Shown in pieces: positions 49,091 through 64,000 of a stretch of DNA of 64,000 bases. Origin of the DNA: the human T2T-CHM13v2.0 reference genome, Homo sapiens. The DNA lies in NCBI RefSeq assembly GCF_009914755.1, contig NC_060938.1, one strand, 5' to 3'. Within the stretch, counting starts at the first letter, position 1; every line of letters starts with the position of its first letter. The notes beneath the pieces are model-generated. The model worked only from the letters and a program-made list of their open reading frames with translations, was not told where the DNA came from and ran no database searches. The position numbers and the translations under genes are program-made.

Positions 49091-52000
49091 TAATCCATAC
49101 TGAGTTGATCTTTGTATATGGTGTAAGGAAGGGGTCCAGCTTCAACGTTTGGCAAATGGCTAGTCAGTTATCCCAACACTATTTATTGAATAAGGAGTCT
49201 TTTCCCCATTGCATGTTTTTGTCAACTTTGTCAAAGATAAGATGGTCATAGATGTGTGGCCTTACCTTTGGGCTCTCTAGTCTAGTCCATTGGTCTACGT
49301 ACCTGTTTTTGTAGCAGTACCATGCTGTTTTGGTCACTGTAGCCTTGTAGTACAGTTTGAAGTTGGGTGATGTGATTCATCCAGCTTTATTCTTTTTGCT
49401 TAGGATTGCCTTGGCTATTTGAGCTCTTTTTTGATTCCATATACATTTTTAAATAATGTTTTCTAGTTCTGTGAAGAATGTCATTGTCGTTGGATAGGAA
49501 TAACATTGAATCTGTTAATTGCTTGGGGGCAGTATAGCCATTTTAATGATATTGATTATTCTTATTAATGAGCATAGAATATTTTTTCATTTATTCGTGT
49601 ATTCTCTGATTTATTTGAGCATTGTTTTGTAATTCTTATTGTAGAGCTCTTTTACCTTCCTGGTTACCTGTATTCCTAGGTATTTTATTTTTTTCATGGC
49701 AATTGTGAGTGGGATTACCTTTGTGATTTGGCTCTTGGTTTGGTTGTTGTTGGTATATAGGAATGCAAGTGACTTTTGTACATTGATTTTGTACCCTGCA
49801 ACTTTGCTGAAGTTGTTTATCAGCTGAAGGAGCTTTTGGACTAAGACTATGGAATTTTCTAGATATAGGATCATGTCATCTGCAAACAGAGATAGTTTGA
49901 CTTTCTGTCTTCCAATTTGGATGCCTTTCATTTATTTCCCTTGCCTAATTGCTCTGGCTAGGACTTCCAATACTATGTTGAATAGAAGGGGTGAGAGAGG
50001 GCATCCTTGTCTTGTGCCAGTTTTCAAGGGGAATACTTCCAGCTTTTGCCCACTCAGTATAATGTTGGCTGTGGGTTTGTCATATGTGGCTCTTATTATT
50101 TTGAGGTATGTTTCTTCAATACCTTATTTACTGAGAGTTTTTTTTTAACATGAAGGGATATTGAATTTTATCAAAAGCCTTTTCTGTATCTATTGAAATA
50201 ATCATGTGGTTTTTGTCTGTAGTTCTGTTTATGTGATGAATCACCTTTATTGATTTGTGTATGCTGAACCAACCTTGCATCCTAGGGATGAAGCCTACTT
50301 GATCATGGTGGATTAGCTTTTTGGTGGGCTGCTGGATTTGGTTTGCAACTATTTTGTTGAGGATTTTTGCACTGATGTTCATCAAAGATATTGGCCTGAA
50401 GTTTTCTTTTTTTATTGTATATCCGCCAGGTTTTAGTATCAAGGTGATGCTGGCCACATAGAATCAGTTGAAGAGGAACTCCCTCCTCCTCAATTTTTGT
50501 GGAATATTTCAGTAGGAATGGTACCAGCACTTCTTTGTACATCTGATAGAATTTGGCTATGAATCTATCAGGTCCTGGGCTTTTCTTGATTGGTAGGATA
50601 TTTATTACTGATTCACTTTTGGAGTTCATTATTGGTCTATAGGGAATCAGTTTCTTTCTGGGTCAGTCTTGGGAGGGTGTATGTGTCCAGGAATTTATCC
50701 ATCTTCTCTAGGTTTTCTAGTTTGTGTGCGTAGAGTTGTTCATAGTGGTTTCTGGTGGTTGTTTTTATTTCTGTGGGGTCAGTAGCAAGATTCCCTTCAT
50801 TTCTAATGTGTTTATTTATATCTTCTCTGTTTTCTTCTTAATTAGTCTAGCTGATTAGTCTAGCTAGTGGCTTATCTATTTTATCAATTTCTTCAAAAAA
50901 CAAACTCCTGGATTCATTGATCTTCTGAATGTTTTTTCGTGTCTCCATTTCCTTAGTTCAGGTCTGATTTTTGTTATTTCTCACCTTCTGCTAGCTTCGG
51001 GGTTGATTTGTTCTTTTTTCTCTAATCCTTTCAGTTGCAAGGTTAGCTTGTTAATTTGAGATCTTTCTACCTTTTCGATGTGGGCATTTAGCGCTATGAA
51101 TGTCCCTCTTAACACTGCCTTAGCTGTGTCCCAGAGATTCTGATAGTTTGTATCTTTTTTCTCATTATTTCAAAGAATTCATTGATTTCTACCTTAATTT
51201 CATTTAGAGGTATGTAGTCAATTTCCATGTAATTGTATGGTTTTAAGCTACTTTCGTTGTGTAGACTTCTATTTTTATTGCACTGTGGTCTGAGAGGATG
51301 TTTGGTATGATTTTGGTTGTTTTACATTTGTTGAGGATTGTTTTATGTCAAATTATTAGAGTATGTGGTGATGAGAAGAATATATATTCTGCTGGTTTTG
51401 GGTGAGGACTTCTGTAAAGGTCTGTCAGATCCATCTGGTCCAATGCTTAGTTTAGGTCCTGAATATCTTTGTTAATTTTCTGCCTCAATGATCTGTCTAA
51501 TATTGTCAGTGGAGTGTTGAAGTCTCCCACTATTATTGTGTGAGAGCCTATGTCTCTTTGTAGGTCTCTAAGAACTTGCTTTATGAATCTGGGTGCTCCT
51601 GTGTTGGGTTCATACATATTTAGGATAGTTAGATTTTCTTGTTGAACTGAACCCTTTACCATTATTTAATGCCCTTCCTTGTCTTTTTTGATCTTTGTTG
51701 GTTTGAAATCTGTTTTGTCTGAAATTAGGATTGCAACCCCTGCTTTTTTCTGTCTTCCATTTGCTTGGTAGATTTTTCTTCATCCCTTTATTTTGAGTAT
51801 ATGGGTGTCATTATGTGTGAGATGGGTCCCTTAAAGACAGCATATCATTGAGTCTTGCTTTTTTAAATCCAGCTTGCCACTCTGTGCCTTTTAAGTGGAG
51901 CATTTAGCCCACTTACATTCAAGATTAGTATTGGTATGCATGGATTTGATCTTGTCATTGTGCTGGTAGCTGGTTATTATGTTAGCTTGTTTGTGTGGTT

Positions 52001-52198
52001 GCTTTATAGTGACACTGGTCTGGGTTTTTAAGTGTGTTTTTGTATTAGCTGGTAGCAGTCTTTCCTTTCTGTATTTAGTGCTCCTTTCAAGATCTCTTTT
52101 AAGGCATATCTGGTGTTAATGAAGTCCCTCAACATTTGCTTATCTTTAAAGGATCATATTTCTCCTTAACTTAGGAAGCTTAGTTTGGCTGTATATGA

Positions 52199-52533
<335 letters not shown>

Positions 52534-53139
52534 CATTTTTTTTTCTTTAAGAATGTTGAATATAGGCCCTCAATCTCTTCTTATAGTGTTTCAGCCGAGA
52601 GGTCTGCTGTTAGCCTGATGGAGATCTCTTTGTAGGTGACCTTCCCTTTCTCTTTATCTGCCTTTCACATTTTTTCTTTCATTTTAACCTTGAAAAATCT
52701 GATGATTATGTGTCTTGGATGATCTTCTTATGTTGAATCTTGCAGGAGTTCTCTGTATTTCCTGAATTTGACTGTTGACCTCTCTAGCAAGGATGGGGAA
52801 GTTTTCGTGGATGATATTCTGAAATACATTTTCCAAGTGGTTTGCTTTCTCCCTCTCCCTTTCAGGGATACAAATGATTCATAGATTCATCCTCTTTATA
52901 TAATCCCATACTTCTCAGAGGTTTGTTCATTCCGTTTTATTCTTTTTTCTTTATTTTTATGCCTTATTTCAGAGAACCAGTCTTCAAGTTCTGAGATTCT
53001 TTCTTCAACATGGTTTATTCTGTTGTTAATACTTGTGATTGCATTGTGAAATTCTTGTATTGTGTTATTCAGCTCTGTCAGACCTGTTAGATTCTTGTTT
53101 TATATCGGTTATTTTGCCCTTCAGGCAATTTATATTGAA

Positions 53140-54610
53140 TCGCCAGGCAGAAACGCTTGTTTTCTTTCCTACTTTTCCCCAAACAAACAGTGTTTCTCTC
53201 TTTGTTCCAAGCCACCCAAAGCTTGGGGGTTGAGTGACACAAGCACCCCGTGACCTCCACCACTGTGACTGTGCTGGGTCAGACCAGAAGCCAGCATAGT
53301 ACTAAGTCTTGCCTAAGGCCTACTGTAGCCATTCCCTGGCTACTGCTTATGTTCGCTCACCTCCCTGGAGCTCTACCTACAATCAGCAGGTGGCAAAGCC
53401 AACCAGGCCTGTGTGCTTCCTTTCAGGGTGGTGAGGTCCCTCAGGCCCAGGTAGGTCCAGAGGGACTAGAGTAAAAAAACTTAGGAGTCTACCTGGTGTT
53501 CTATTTTACTGCGGCTGAGCCGACACTCAAACCACAAGACACAGTCCTCCTCACTCTTCTCTCCCCTTTCCAAAGGCAGAGAAGCCTCACCCTGTAGCTA
53601 CTGCCACCCCAGGCCAAAAGGAGTACTGCCAGCCTATTAGCCAATGTTTCTTTAAGGCCCAAGGGCTCTTAAGTGAGCTTGTCAAGAAAGCTGCCTGGCC
53701 CAGGACTCCCTTCAGGGCAGTGGGCTCCCTTCTGACCCAGGGCAGGTCTAGAAATGCCATCCAAGCGTCAAGTCCTGGAATCAGGAACCCTAGGAGCCCT
53801 CTTGGTGCTCTGCCATGCTGGTACCTAAGGTGCAAGACAAAATGCCCTTTACTTTTCTCAAGCAGAAGGAGTTTTGTCCCGTAGTTATCACCACTGGTAA
53901 TGCGCTGAGTCTCTTTCACCTGAAGCCCACAAGTCTCAGAGGCTCATCTAAGGCCCTCGATGTAGTACCTGGGTATCATTGCTGGTTATTCAGGGTTCAA
54001 AGGCTCTTCAGTTAGCAGCTGATGAATGCTACCAGGACTGCATCCTTTCCTTCATGGCATCTCAGTCACATGTACCCCAAATCTACTCTCTCTCAGCCTG
54101 GTTCTGCCCTAGGATTTGCCTAAGAGTTGCAGTCTTTGTGACCTAAACTGCCTTTCAAGTTTACTTAGAGACTGTGAGCCCTTTGGCCCTCAGTGGCAAG
54201 GTTTGTGGGCACTCAAGTTTGGACTGCTGGGATTGGCAATTCCCCTCTCGCTAGGGCTGGTTTAAATGCTGCCCCTCTGGGCAGGCATCAGCTGAGTTTG
54301 GTCTGGTTTTCCTTTCTGCTCTAGCAGAGCAGCACTGAGTTCATGCCCCACAATTGCTGTGTTCTTCCTCCCCCAGTGCCTAGAGATGCTCTCCGCACCA
54401 CACTGTGGAGGGGTGGCATCAGCGATTCAGGACTTTAAAAAAAATCTCTTCAGTGCCTCTTTCAGTGATATGAAGTTAAAACCAGTTACTATGAGAGCTT
54501 ACTTTACTTTTGGTTTTTATGAAGGTGTTTTTTCTGTGTAGTTTTTGTTGGTGTCCTTGTGATTGGGGTATGATCGGTGAGCCTTCTATTCGGCCATCTT
54601 GCCCCACCTT
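53140..54610 (-). mobile_element. L1 5' UTR of L1M1/L1M2 type with degenerate ~300-bp tandem units
   Basis: Ends ...ttctattcggccatcttgccccacc (L1 5' terminus with YY1-like motif). Repeated blocks ccttcaggg...cccagg...tggtg(c/t)tct...caagaca. Confidence 0.7.
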
Positions 54611-54611
54611 C

Positions 54612-55518
54612 TACATTCATAAAATTTGTAAAGCTCATCAAGGTATTATGCCTAGTATCCATTAGTTATTTTTCCTGATCCTCTCCCTCCTCCTACCCTC
54701 CACTCTTTAATAGACCCCAATGTGTGTTGTTTCTCTCCATGTGTTCATATGTTCTCATCATTTAGCTCCCACTTATAAGTGACAACAAGTGGTATTTGGT
54801 TTTTCTGTTCTTGTGTTAGTTTTCTAAGGATTATGGCCTCCAGCTCCATCCATGCCCCTGTGAAGGACATGATCTTGTTCTTTTTTATGGCTGCATAGTA
54901 TTCTATGATGTATATGTACCACATTTTCTTTATCCAGTTTTATATCTGGGTGATGGAATAATCTGTACAACAGATCCCCATGACACAAGTTTACCTATGT
55001 AACATACCTGCACATGTATCCCTGAATTCAAAATAGAAGTTAAAAAAACATATAGATAAAAATCAGTGTAATTGAGATATCCATCATCTAAATATTTGTC
55101 TTTTTTTCTGCTAGAACCATTCAAATTATTCTCCTCTAGGTATTTAAAAAAATACTGTAGATTATTGTGAACTATAGTCACCCTACTAATTGATCAAACA
55201 CTAGGTCTTATTTCTTCCATCAAACTGTGTGTTTGTATCCATTAATCAATCCTTCTTTGCTCCTCCATCACCCGTGTACTTTCTGGCCTCTATAACCACC
55301 AATCTGCTCTCTATCTACATGAGATCCACATTTTAAGTTCCCACGTACAAGTGAGAATACGCAATATTTGTCTTTCTGTGCCTGGCTTATTTAGATGAAT
55401 ATAATGACCTCCAGTTCCATTCATATTGCTGGAAAGGAAAAGATTTTGTTGTTATTTTTTTTTATAGCTGAGTAGTATTCCATAGTGTATACCACATTTT
55501 CTTTATCTGTTCATTGGC
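54612..55518 (-). mobile_element. L1MA 3' end hosting an inverted L1PA insertion
   Basis: aaatcagtgtaattgagatatccatc...aactatagtcaccctact...gcaatatttgtctttctgtgcctggcttattt. Confidence 0.75.
54636..55048 (+). mobile_element. Short L1PA insertion with 5' inversion (twin priming)
   Basis: Minus-strand L1 3'UTR (54636-54939) is joined to a plus-strand extreme 3' end with A tail (54940-55048). Confidence 0.8.
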
Positions 55519-56810
55519 AGAAGTTTAAGAACCAGCGAAAAATTCACCATCCACAAAAAATGACACTAGGCCCACTGGAAGAGGGCAAGCCTGGATCAGG
55601 CTTCTGCAGTTCCTTGGTACATCTGGCATTCCTTTCATTTATCATTAATTTCCAGCAGCCCCACATGCTTACAAAGATTCCTGTTACCGTGTTTCTTGGG
55701 CTTGAGAAGGGCACTATGGCCCTAACTAGTATGTTAAAATATTATAATACTTTTAATTTTTATGAAGATGAAACTACCTTGAAGTCATGTAAGTTAAATT
55801 TTCCTATATTTTATTTTAAAATATATTTTCAGAAAAATAGGAGGTTGCTTACATTTTGTTCTTGGGCCATAGATTTTATCTCTATTACCAATGACAACCA
55901 TGCAATTTTCTAGAGAAAACTTTAACTTAAATCGGTGCAATATTATCACATGGTTCTTTATAAGATTTTAAATTTGCTGATGCATTACGAATCTATTGAG
56001 TCTAACAATGATTAACATGACTGATTAACATGACTTTTACCTTCCTATTAAATGATATGTTGTAACATATATTCACTTACTTATGCTGAGAGATTCATTC
56101 TGTAGAAATGTCCTTCTTTTGAAAAATCTTGTTAATATAATGATGTATATTTCTAAAGGAACAATCTAATGGGTGGCCTGAGAAGAGTGGCAGATGGTCC
56201 AGCATTGCACAGAGATGTAAAGTCAGGTATGATGCCTAATGGTGTTTACTAGGATCACGGTGCAGTAGGAGTGAATGAAAGATTGCTCTCAGTCTGAATC
56301 CTGTAGGCCAATTCTAGGAACTCAAACTATTAGGCTTGTCCACAAGTTGGGAAGGTGGAGTACATCTGGAAACTCGACTAAGATTCAGTTTCCCTGTTGC
56401 ATTTACTCTGTCCCCAGGTTACCTAGAGGCCAGAAAACATGGAGATGGGGATACTGAGGAGTATTATGACTGGTCCAAGAATGATCACTATCAACTTTTC
56501 TACCTTCATATGCAGATTAAAATTCTGTAACCCTGACAAAATTCAACTCTTGAGGAAATCTGAAGAAAATAAAAATTCTGAACCTAGATATTTAATAATT
56601 CTAGGGTCTTGGGAATCATATGAAATTTAGGGGATGTGGTAAAACAGCACTAATTAATCATTTATTTGTCCATTCATCCATCCACCCAGTAATTATTCAC
56701 TGGCTCTTAGAAATACCAGATGTTCTGCTGGGTGTTAGAGTAGACAAGCAGATTAAAGACAAGGTTCTAGGCTTCACGGACCTTGTGACTTAGGTTAACA
56801 ATTATTTTAT

Positions 56811-58355
<1,545 letters not shown>

Positions 58356-59029
58356 TTTTCCTTGAGATTTTTAGGTATACAAAATAGGGCTACCTATGTG
58401 GTACTGAGGACTACCTTGTTCTTGATCTTTTCCATGTAGTGTACATACCTGCTCAATAGTACTTTGGTAGCCAATGTACCAAATGCAACCATACTAGAGT
58501 TTGATCAACACTTCTCTTAAAATTTATAATATACTTTTACTGGAGGAAAGTAGGTTTTGAAAATAATTCTTTTAGTTCACTTGCCCTCCTTAATTCTTAA
58601 CTCTTCATCTACACCATCTACTTTAAGAGTGGGTTTCATAGTTTAGTCAGAGCAGTGGAGGGCATACTTCATTGTAGGTAGGCATCCTTTCCACTCCCCC
58701 TACCCCAAAACAAAAATGTTTGTGAACAAAAAGAAAATGTTTGTGAAAAAACTTTCATAATATTTATCTCTAAAAAAGATAGAATTACATTTGCATTAAC
58801 AGTGGACTATTAACAAGGTACTGTTGATCCCTGATAGTTGAGAAGGAAAAATAATTTTAATTTTTTAAAGGAAGCAACCAAGATTTCACCAGTCCTTTTA
58901 TGCAGTGGATCTAGGTGGAGAAAGCTATGAAGACAGCACAAAGTGCACACCAGAAATCATTTTTTATTGATTGTAAAAATAATAATAAAGAGCTAGAGAG
59001 TGAAAACAAAACTCAGAACTTTAATAAAT

Positions 59030-59480
59030 AGACATTTATTAAGTAACTACTGTGGGTAAAGGCACTGTGCTGAGCACTGCGGAAGATACAAAAACAACTG
59101 TAATCTTTGGTCACTGACTTTTAGGAAATTGCAGTCATTGAGGGTAGGGATATGACAAATATATATAACTATAATACACATCATAATACATTAAAGATTT
59201 CCATAAAGGAAATCGATATAAATGGGTAAAAGTGTTCAGGAAAAAAGAGAGCATCTGGTTGCATATGTGTTTAGGGCTTAGGGGCACTGCTGAAATTAGA
59301 GATATGGGATCTCTTTTGAGTCTAAAGGTGTATGTTATTTAAATCATAAAGATGGGCAGAGGTGCAGAGGTGAGAAAGCACAGTTGAGGAAATGACCAGT
59401 AATCCTGTATCAAGGAATACAGATCATTAGTTTGGGGGATAAATGGCTGATAAAGCTAGAAAGACAGGATAGGGAAAGTT
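59030..59480 (-). mobile_element. L2 fragment
   Basis: acatttattaagtaactactgtg...ggcactgtgctgagcactgcggaagataca. Confidence 0.65.
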
Positions 59481-60475
59481 ACAGATATTTCTTATATATT
59501 TTTATCCTCTTATTTTTACCTATATACATATATATTTTGGCTGACTCCTCGTATCTTCTCTTTTTTCTTTGCACTTACAAAAAAAATCTATCAAACAATC
59601 ATTTTGCTTAATTGTAAGGTCATTTAAGCGTACATTAGTCAATTGTCTATGATATGTGATCAAAAATCACTGCAATGAAATAGTAGTACTCAGGAGTCTC
59701 CAGTGCAGCAAGTCTTAGAGGATCAAAAAAGAGAAAAAGAATAATAGCTAAGCTTTAAATATATGGATGTGAAACCAGGTGGTTTTCTATAGCAACATTT
59801 TTCTCCGCAGGCATATAGTTTTGATGTGATGCCTTTTAACTTCTAGTGTATTAAAGAGAAAACCTGAGTTGAAACAGATCAGTAATTAGGTTTTTTTCCA
59901 GTCTCTTTACTTTAAGGAAGAAAGTAGGCTACTCTGTAGGTCTAGTTAGTTTATTTTTTGCTCACCTTATAGTTGTTCAGCTTTGAGACATTTCATGTTT
60001 AGATTAAGCATGCCTTTGGGCAAATTTGATTTTTATCAGAGTATTTTCAAACCATGTTGCAGTCACAAAGATAAAGATATAAGAGCTATTTTATGATCAT
60101 CTTTCATAAGATAATGCTAGTGCTTTTGTTAATTTTAGAGGTAAGGTCTTGGATAATGTAATTGTTGTCATTGTTATAGCATAGATAAGTTATAATCAAG
60201 CACTTGCTAGTTAGAATTATAAAAAGCCATAAATGATTAGAATTGTCAAAGCTTGATTATTACTCTTATGGTTAATAATAAACCTACTTTTAAGTCTAAA
60301 TCATATTTACTTTAGGTATGAGTTTAATTTATTAATTTAAAAATGATTTTTTAAATGCCAGATTAGATGAATTTCCTTTTTGATGGAATCAGTTTATTTA
60401 TTTTCATAGTTCCTGGGTTCAAGTTTGTATAACCTTGCAAAAAGTACTTAACCCCTCTCTATTCAGCTTTCTTAT

Positions 60476-63400
60476 TTTATTTTTTTGTTTTTGGTTTAAA
60501 AATAATAATTTATTTTTATGGATACATAATAATTATACATATTTATGGGGTACATGTCATATTTTGATACATGCATGTAATGTATAATGATAAAATCAGA
60601 GTATTAAAGATATTCATCACCTCAAACATTTATCATTTCTTTGTGTTGGGAACATTTTAAATATTTTCTTCTAGCTACTTTGAAATATACAATAATTTAC
60701 GTTGACTATAGTCACCATACTGTGCTATCAAATACTAAAACTAATTTATTTTATTTAATTGTATGTTTGTACCCATTAAACAACCTCTTTTCATTCCTCC
60801 CCGACTCTTCCCAGCCTCTGATAACTGTTTTTCTTTCTACCTTCATGAGATACACTTTTTTAGGTCTCATATATGAGTGAGATCATGCAATATTTGTCTT
60901 TCTGTGCTTAGATTATTTCAGTTAACATGTTATCCTCCAGTCCAATTCATGTTGCTGCAAATGACAGGATTTCATTCTTCTTTATGGCTAAATAGTATTT
61001 CATTGCGTAAATATATCACATTTTCTTTATCCATTCATCTGTTGATAGACCCTTAGGTTGATTCCATATCTTGGCTATTGTGAATAGTGCTGCAATAAAC
61101 ATGGGAGCGCAGATATCCCTTTGGTATTTTGATTTCCTTTCCTTTGGATAAATACCAAGTAGCAGAATTGCTGAATCATATAATAGTTCCATTATTAGTT
61201 TTTTGAGAAACTTCTATACTGCTTCTTGTAATGGCTATACTAATTTGTGTTCCCAACAACAGTGTGTAAGTCTCCTTTTCTCAGCATCCTTGCAAGCATC
61301 TGCTATTTTTTGTCTTTTTGATGATAGCCATTTTAACTAGAGTGAAATGATACCACATTGTGCTTTTAATTTGCATTTTCTTGATGATTAGTGATGTTGA
61401 GCATTTAAAAAATATACCTGTTGGTCATTTATATGTCTTCTTTTGAGAAATGTTTACTCAGATCCTTTGCCCACTTTATAATGGGGTTATTTGTTTTTTT
61501 GGTGGGGTTTTTTTTTTTTTTTTTGCTATTGAGTTGTGGGATTCCTTATATATTCTGGATATTAGTCTTTTATCAAATGAATAGTTTGGATATATTTTCT
61601 CACATTTACAGATTGTCTCATTGCTCTGTTGATTATATACTTTGCTGTGCAGAAACTTTTTAGTTAGATATAGTCCCATTTGTCTATTTTAATTTTTGTT
61701 TTCTGTACTTTTGAAGTCAGTCATAAAATCTTTGCCAGAAGTGTTTCTGCAATGTAATCTTCTAATATTTTTATAGTTTGTAACTTAATCCACTTGTAGT
61801 TTAAGTATTTAATCCATTCTGAGTTGCTTTTTATATATGTGGAGAGATATGCCAGAGAATCTAATTCCTTTCTTCTGCATATGAATATCCAATTTTCCCA
61901 GCATTATTTATTGAAGAGGGTCACCCTTACCCAATGTGTTCTTGGAAAGTGTCATAAATCAGTTGAGTGTAAATATGTAGATTTATTTCTAAGCCCTCTG
62001 TCCTGTTCAATTGGTCTATGTGTCTGTTTTTATGCCAGTACTATGCTGTTTTGCTTACTATTGCATTTTAGTATAATTTGAAGTCAGATAATGTGATGCG
62101 TTCAGATTTGTTCTTTTGCTCAGGACTGCTTTGATTATTCAGGGTTTCTTTTTTGTGTTTCCATATAAATTTTAGGTTATTTTTCTATATCTGTGAAGAA
62201 TGTTGGTATTTTGATAGGGATTGCATTGACTCTGTACATTGCTTTGGATAGTATGGACATTTTAACAATATTGATTCTTGCAAGCCATGAATATGGATAT
62301 CTTTCTTTTTTTGGTGTTCTCTTCAATTTATTTCATCAATGTTCTATAGTTTTCTTGTGAGCTTTCACTTCTTTGGATAAGTTTATTCCTAGGTATTTAT
62401 TTTGTTTCTATCTATTATAAATGGAATTACTTTATTGGTTTCTTTTTCAAATTGTTTGCTGTTGGTATATAGACATGCTACTGATTTTTGTATGTTGATA
62501 TTCTATCCTGTAGCTTTAATGAATTTATTCATCAGTTCTAATAAGTTTTTGGTGGAGTCCTTGGTTTTTTTATATATAAAATTATTTCATCTGCAAAGAG
62601 TAACAATTTGACTTCCTTATTTCCCATTTGGACATCTTTTATATTTTTCTTTATCCTGATTGCTGTGGCTAGAATTTCCAGTACTATGTTGAAGAAAAAT
62701 AGTGAAAATTGGCATCCTTGTCTTGTTCCAGTTCTTAGAGGAAAGGCTTTCAGCTTTTTCCCATTCAGTATATTAGCTGTGGGTTTGTGATATATGGTCT
62801 CTATTATGTTGAGATATGTTCCTGCTATGTCTAATATGTTGAGGGTTTTTATCATGAATGGATATGGAATTTTATCAAACACTTTTTCTGCATCTATTGA
62901 GGTGGATACTTTTTTTGTCCTTTATTTTATTGATGTGATGTATCATTTATTGATTTGTGTATGTTGAGTTAGTCTTGTATACATAGGATAAATCTCCCCT
63001 TGATCATGGTATATTATTGTTGAGTGACTTTTGCATATATGTTTGTCAGGGATATTGGCCTGTAGGTTTTTTGTTTGTTTGTTTATTTTTGGTCGTGTCT
63101 TTGGTTTTGGTATCAGGGTCATGCTGGCCTCTTAGAATGAGTAAGAAAAAATTTCTTTTAATTTTTGGAAGAGTTTCAAAAGAATTGGTGTTAGTTTTTC
63201 TTTAAAAGCTTGGTAGAATTCAGCAGTAAAGCCATCTGGTCTTTTGATTTTGTTTGTTGGGAGAATTTGTATTATAATACTACTTTGTTACTCATTATTG
63301 TTCTGTTCAGGTTTTCAATTTCTTCCTAATTCAATTTTGATAGATTGTGTATGTCCAGGGATTTACCTATTTCCTCTAGCTTTTCCAATTTGTTAATGTA

Positions 63401-64000
63401 TAACTGTTCATAATAGTCTCCAATGATCTTTTGTATTTCTGCAGTATCGGTTGTAATTTCTCCGTTTTCATTTCGGACTTTTTAAAATTGGGTTTTATTT
63501 TAGCTAGTGGAGTATCAATTTGTTTATTTTTTCAAAAAATCAACTTTTCATTTTATTGAGGCTTTGTATTTTTTAGACTATTTTGTTTAGTTCTGCTCTC
63601 ATCTTTATTATTTCATTTCTACTTTTTGAGGTTGTTTTATTCTTTGCTTTGTAGTTTCTTGAGGTGTATCATTTTGTTGTTTGTTTGAAATTATTCTACT
63701 GTTTTTCACATAGGTGTTTTTTGCTATACACTTCCTTTTATAATTGCTTTTGATGTATCCCATAGATTTTGGTATGTTGTATTTCCACTTTCATTTCTTT
63801 TAAGAAACTTTATTTCTTTCTTAATTTCTTCATTGTCCTTATGGTTATTCAGGAGACTATTATTTAATTTTCCAAACAATGTATGTTTAAAGGGTCCAAA
63901 ATTCCTCTTGTTATTGATTTTTAGTTTTATCCCATTGTGTTCTGAGAAGATAATTGATATGATTTTAATTTTTAAAAATTTTTCAAGACTTGTATTTTTG
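60476..64000 (-). mobile_element. L1MA (about L1MA4-like) element running off the window end
   Basis: L1MA 3' end (tacatatttatggggtacatg...catcacctcaaacatttatcatttctttgtgttgggaaca). RT peptide [13 protein letters not shown]...[10 protein letters not shown]. Confidence 0.9.

Overview
AT-rich, repeat-dense primate genomic DNA, with no prokaryotic genes, CRISPR arrays, rRNA or tRNA. An SVA retrotransposon restricts it to hominoids, and its sequence looks SVA_A/B-like, possibly orangutan-lineage. The window is mostly nested retroelements: L1 (L1ME, L1MC, L1MA, L1PA), L2, CR1/L3, MIR, about ten Alus, one two-LTR MST/MaLR element, many solo LTRs (MLT1, MST, MER57, MER31, MER39, MER34, MLT2A), MER1B and Tigger3 DNA transposons, and a full-length SVA at 22647-24890. 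Repeat family names come from my recall of consensus sequences, not from a search. The only gene-like signals are on the + strand: a candidate terminal exon (2086-~2510) and a 51-nt candidate cassette exon (13056-13106). I could not identify the gene. The long ORFs at 22550-24496 are SVA low-complexity/VNTR artefacts. The most intriguing element is a ~220-bp TSD-flanked, A-tailed retroposed insert at 32801-33018. It is a dimer of a hairpin-rich ~110-nt unit ending in T5, and it matches no SINE or small RNA I recognise. Next is an old ~270-bp inverted duplication that copies the junction between two different LTR elements (3676-3950 vs 4255-4528).
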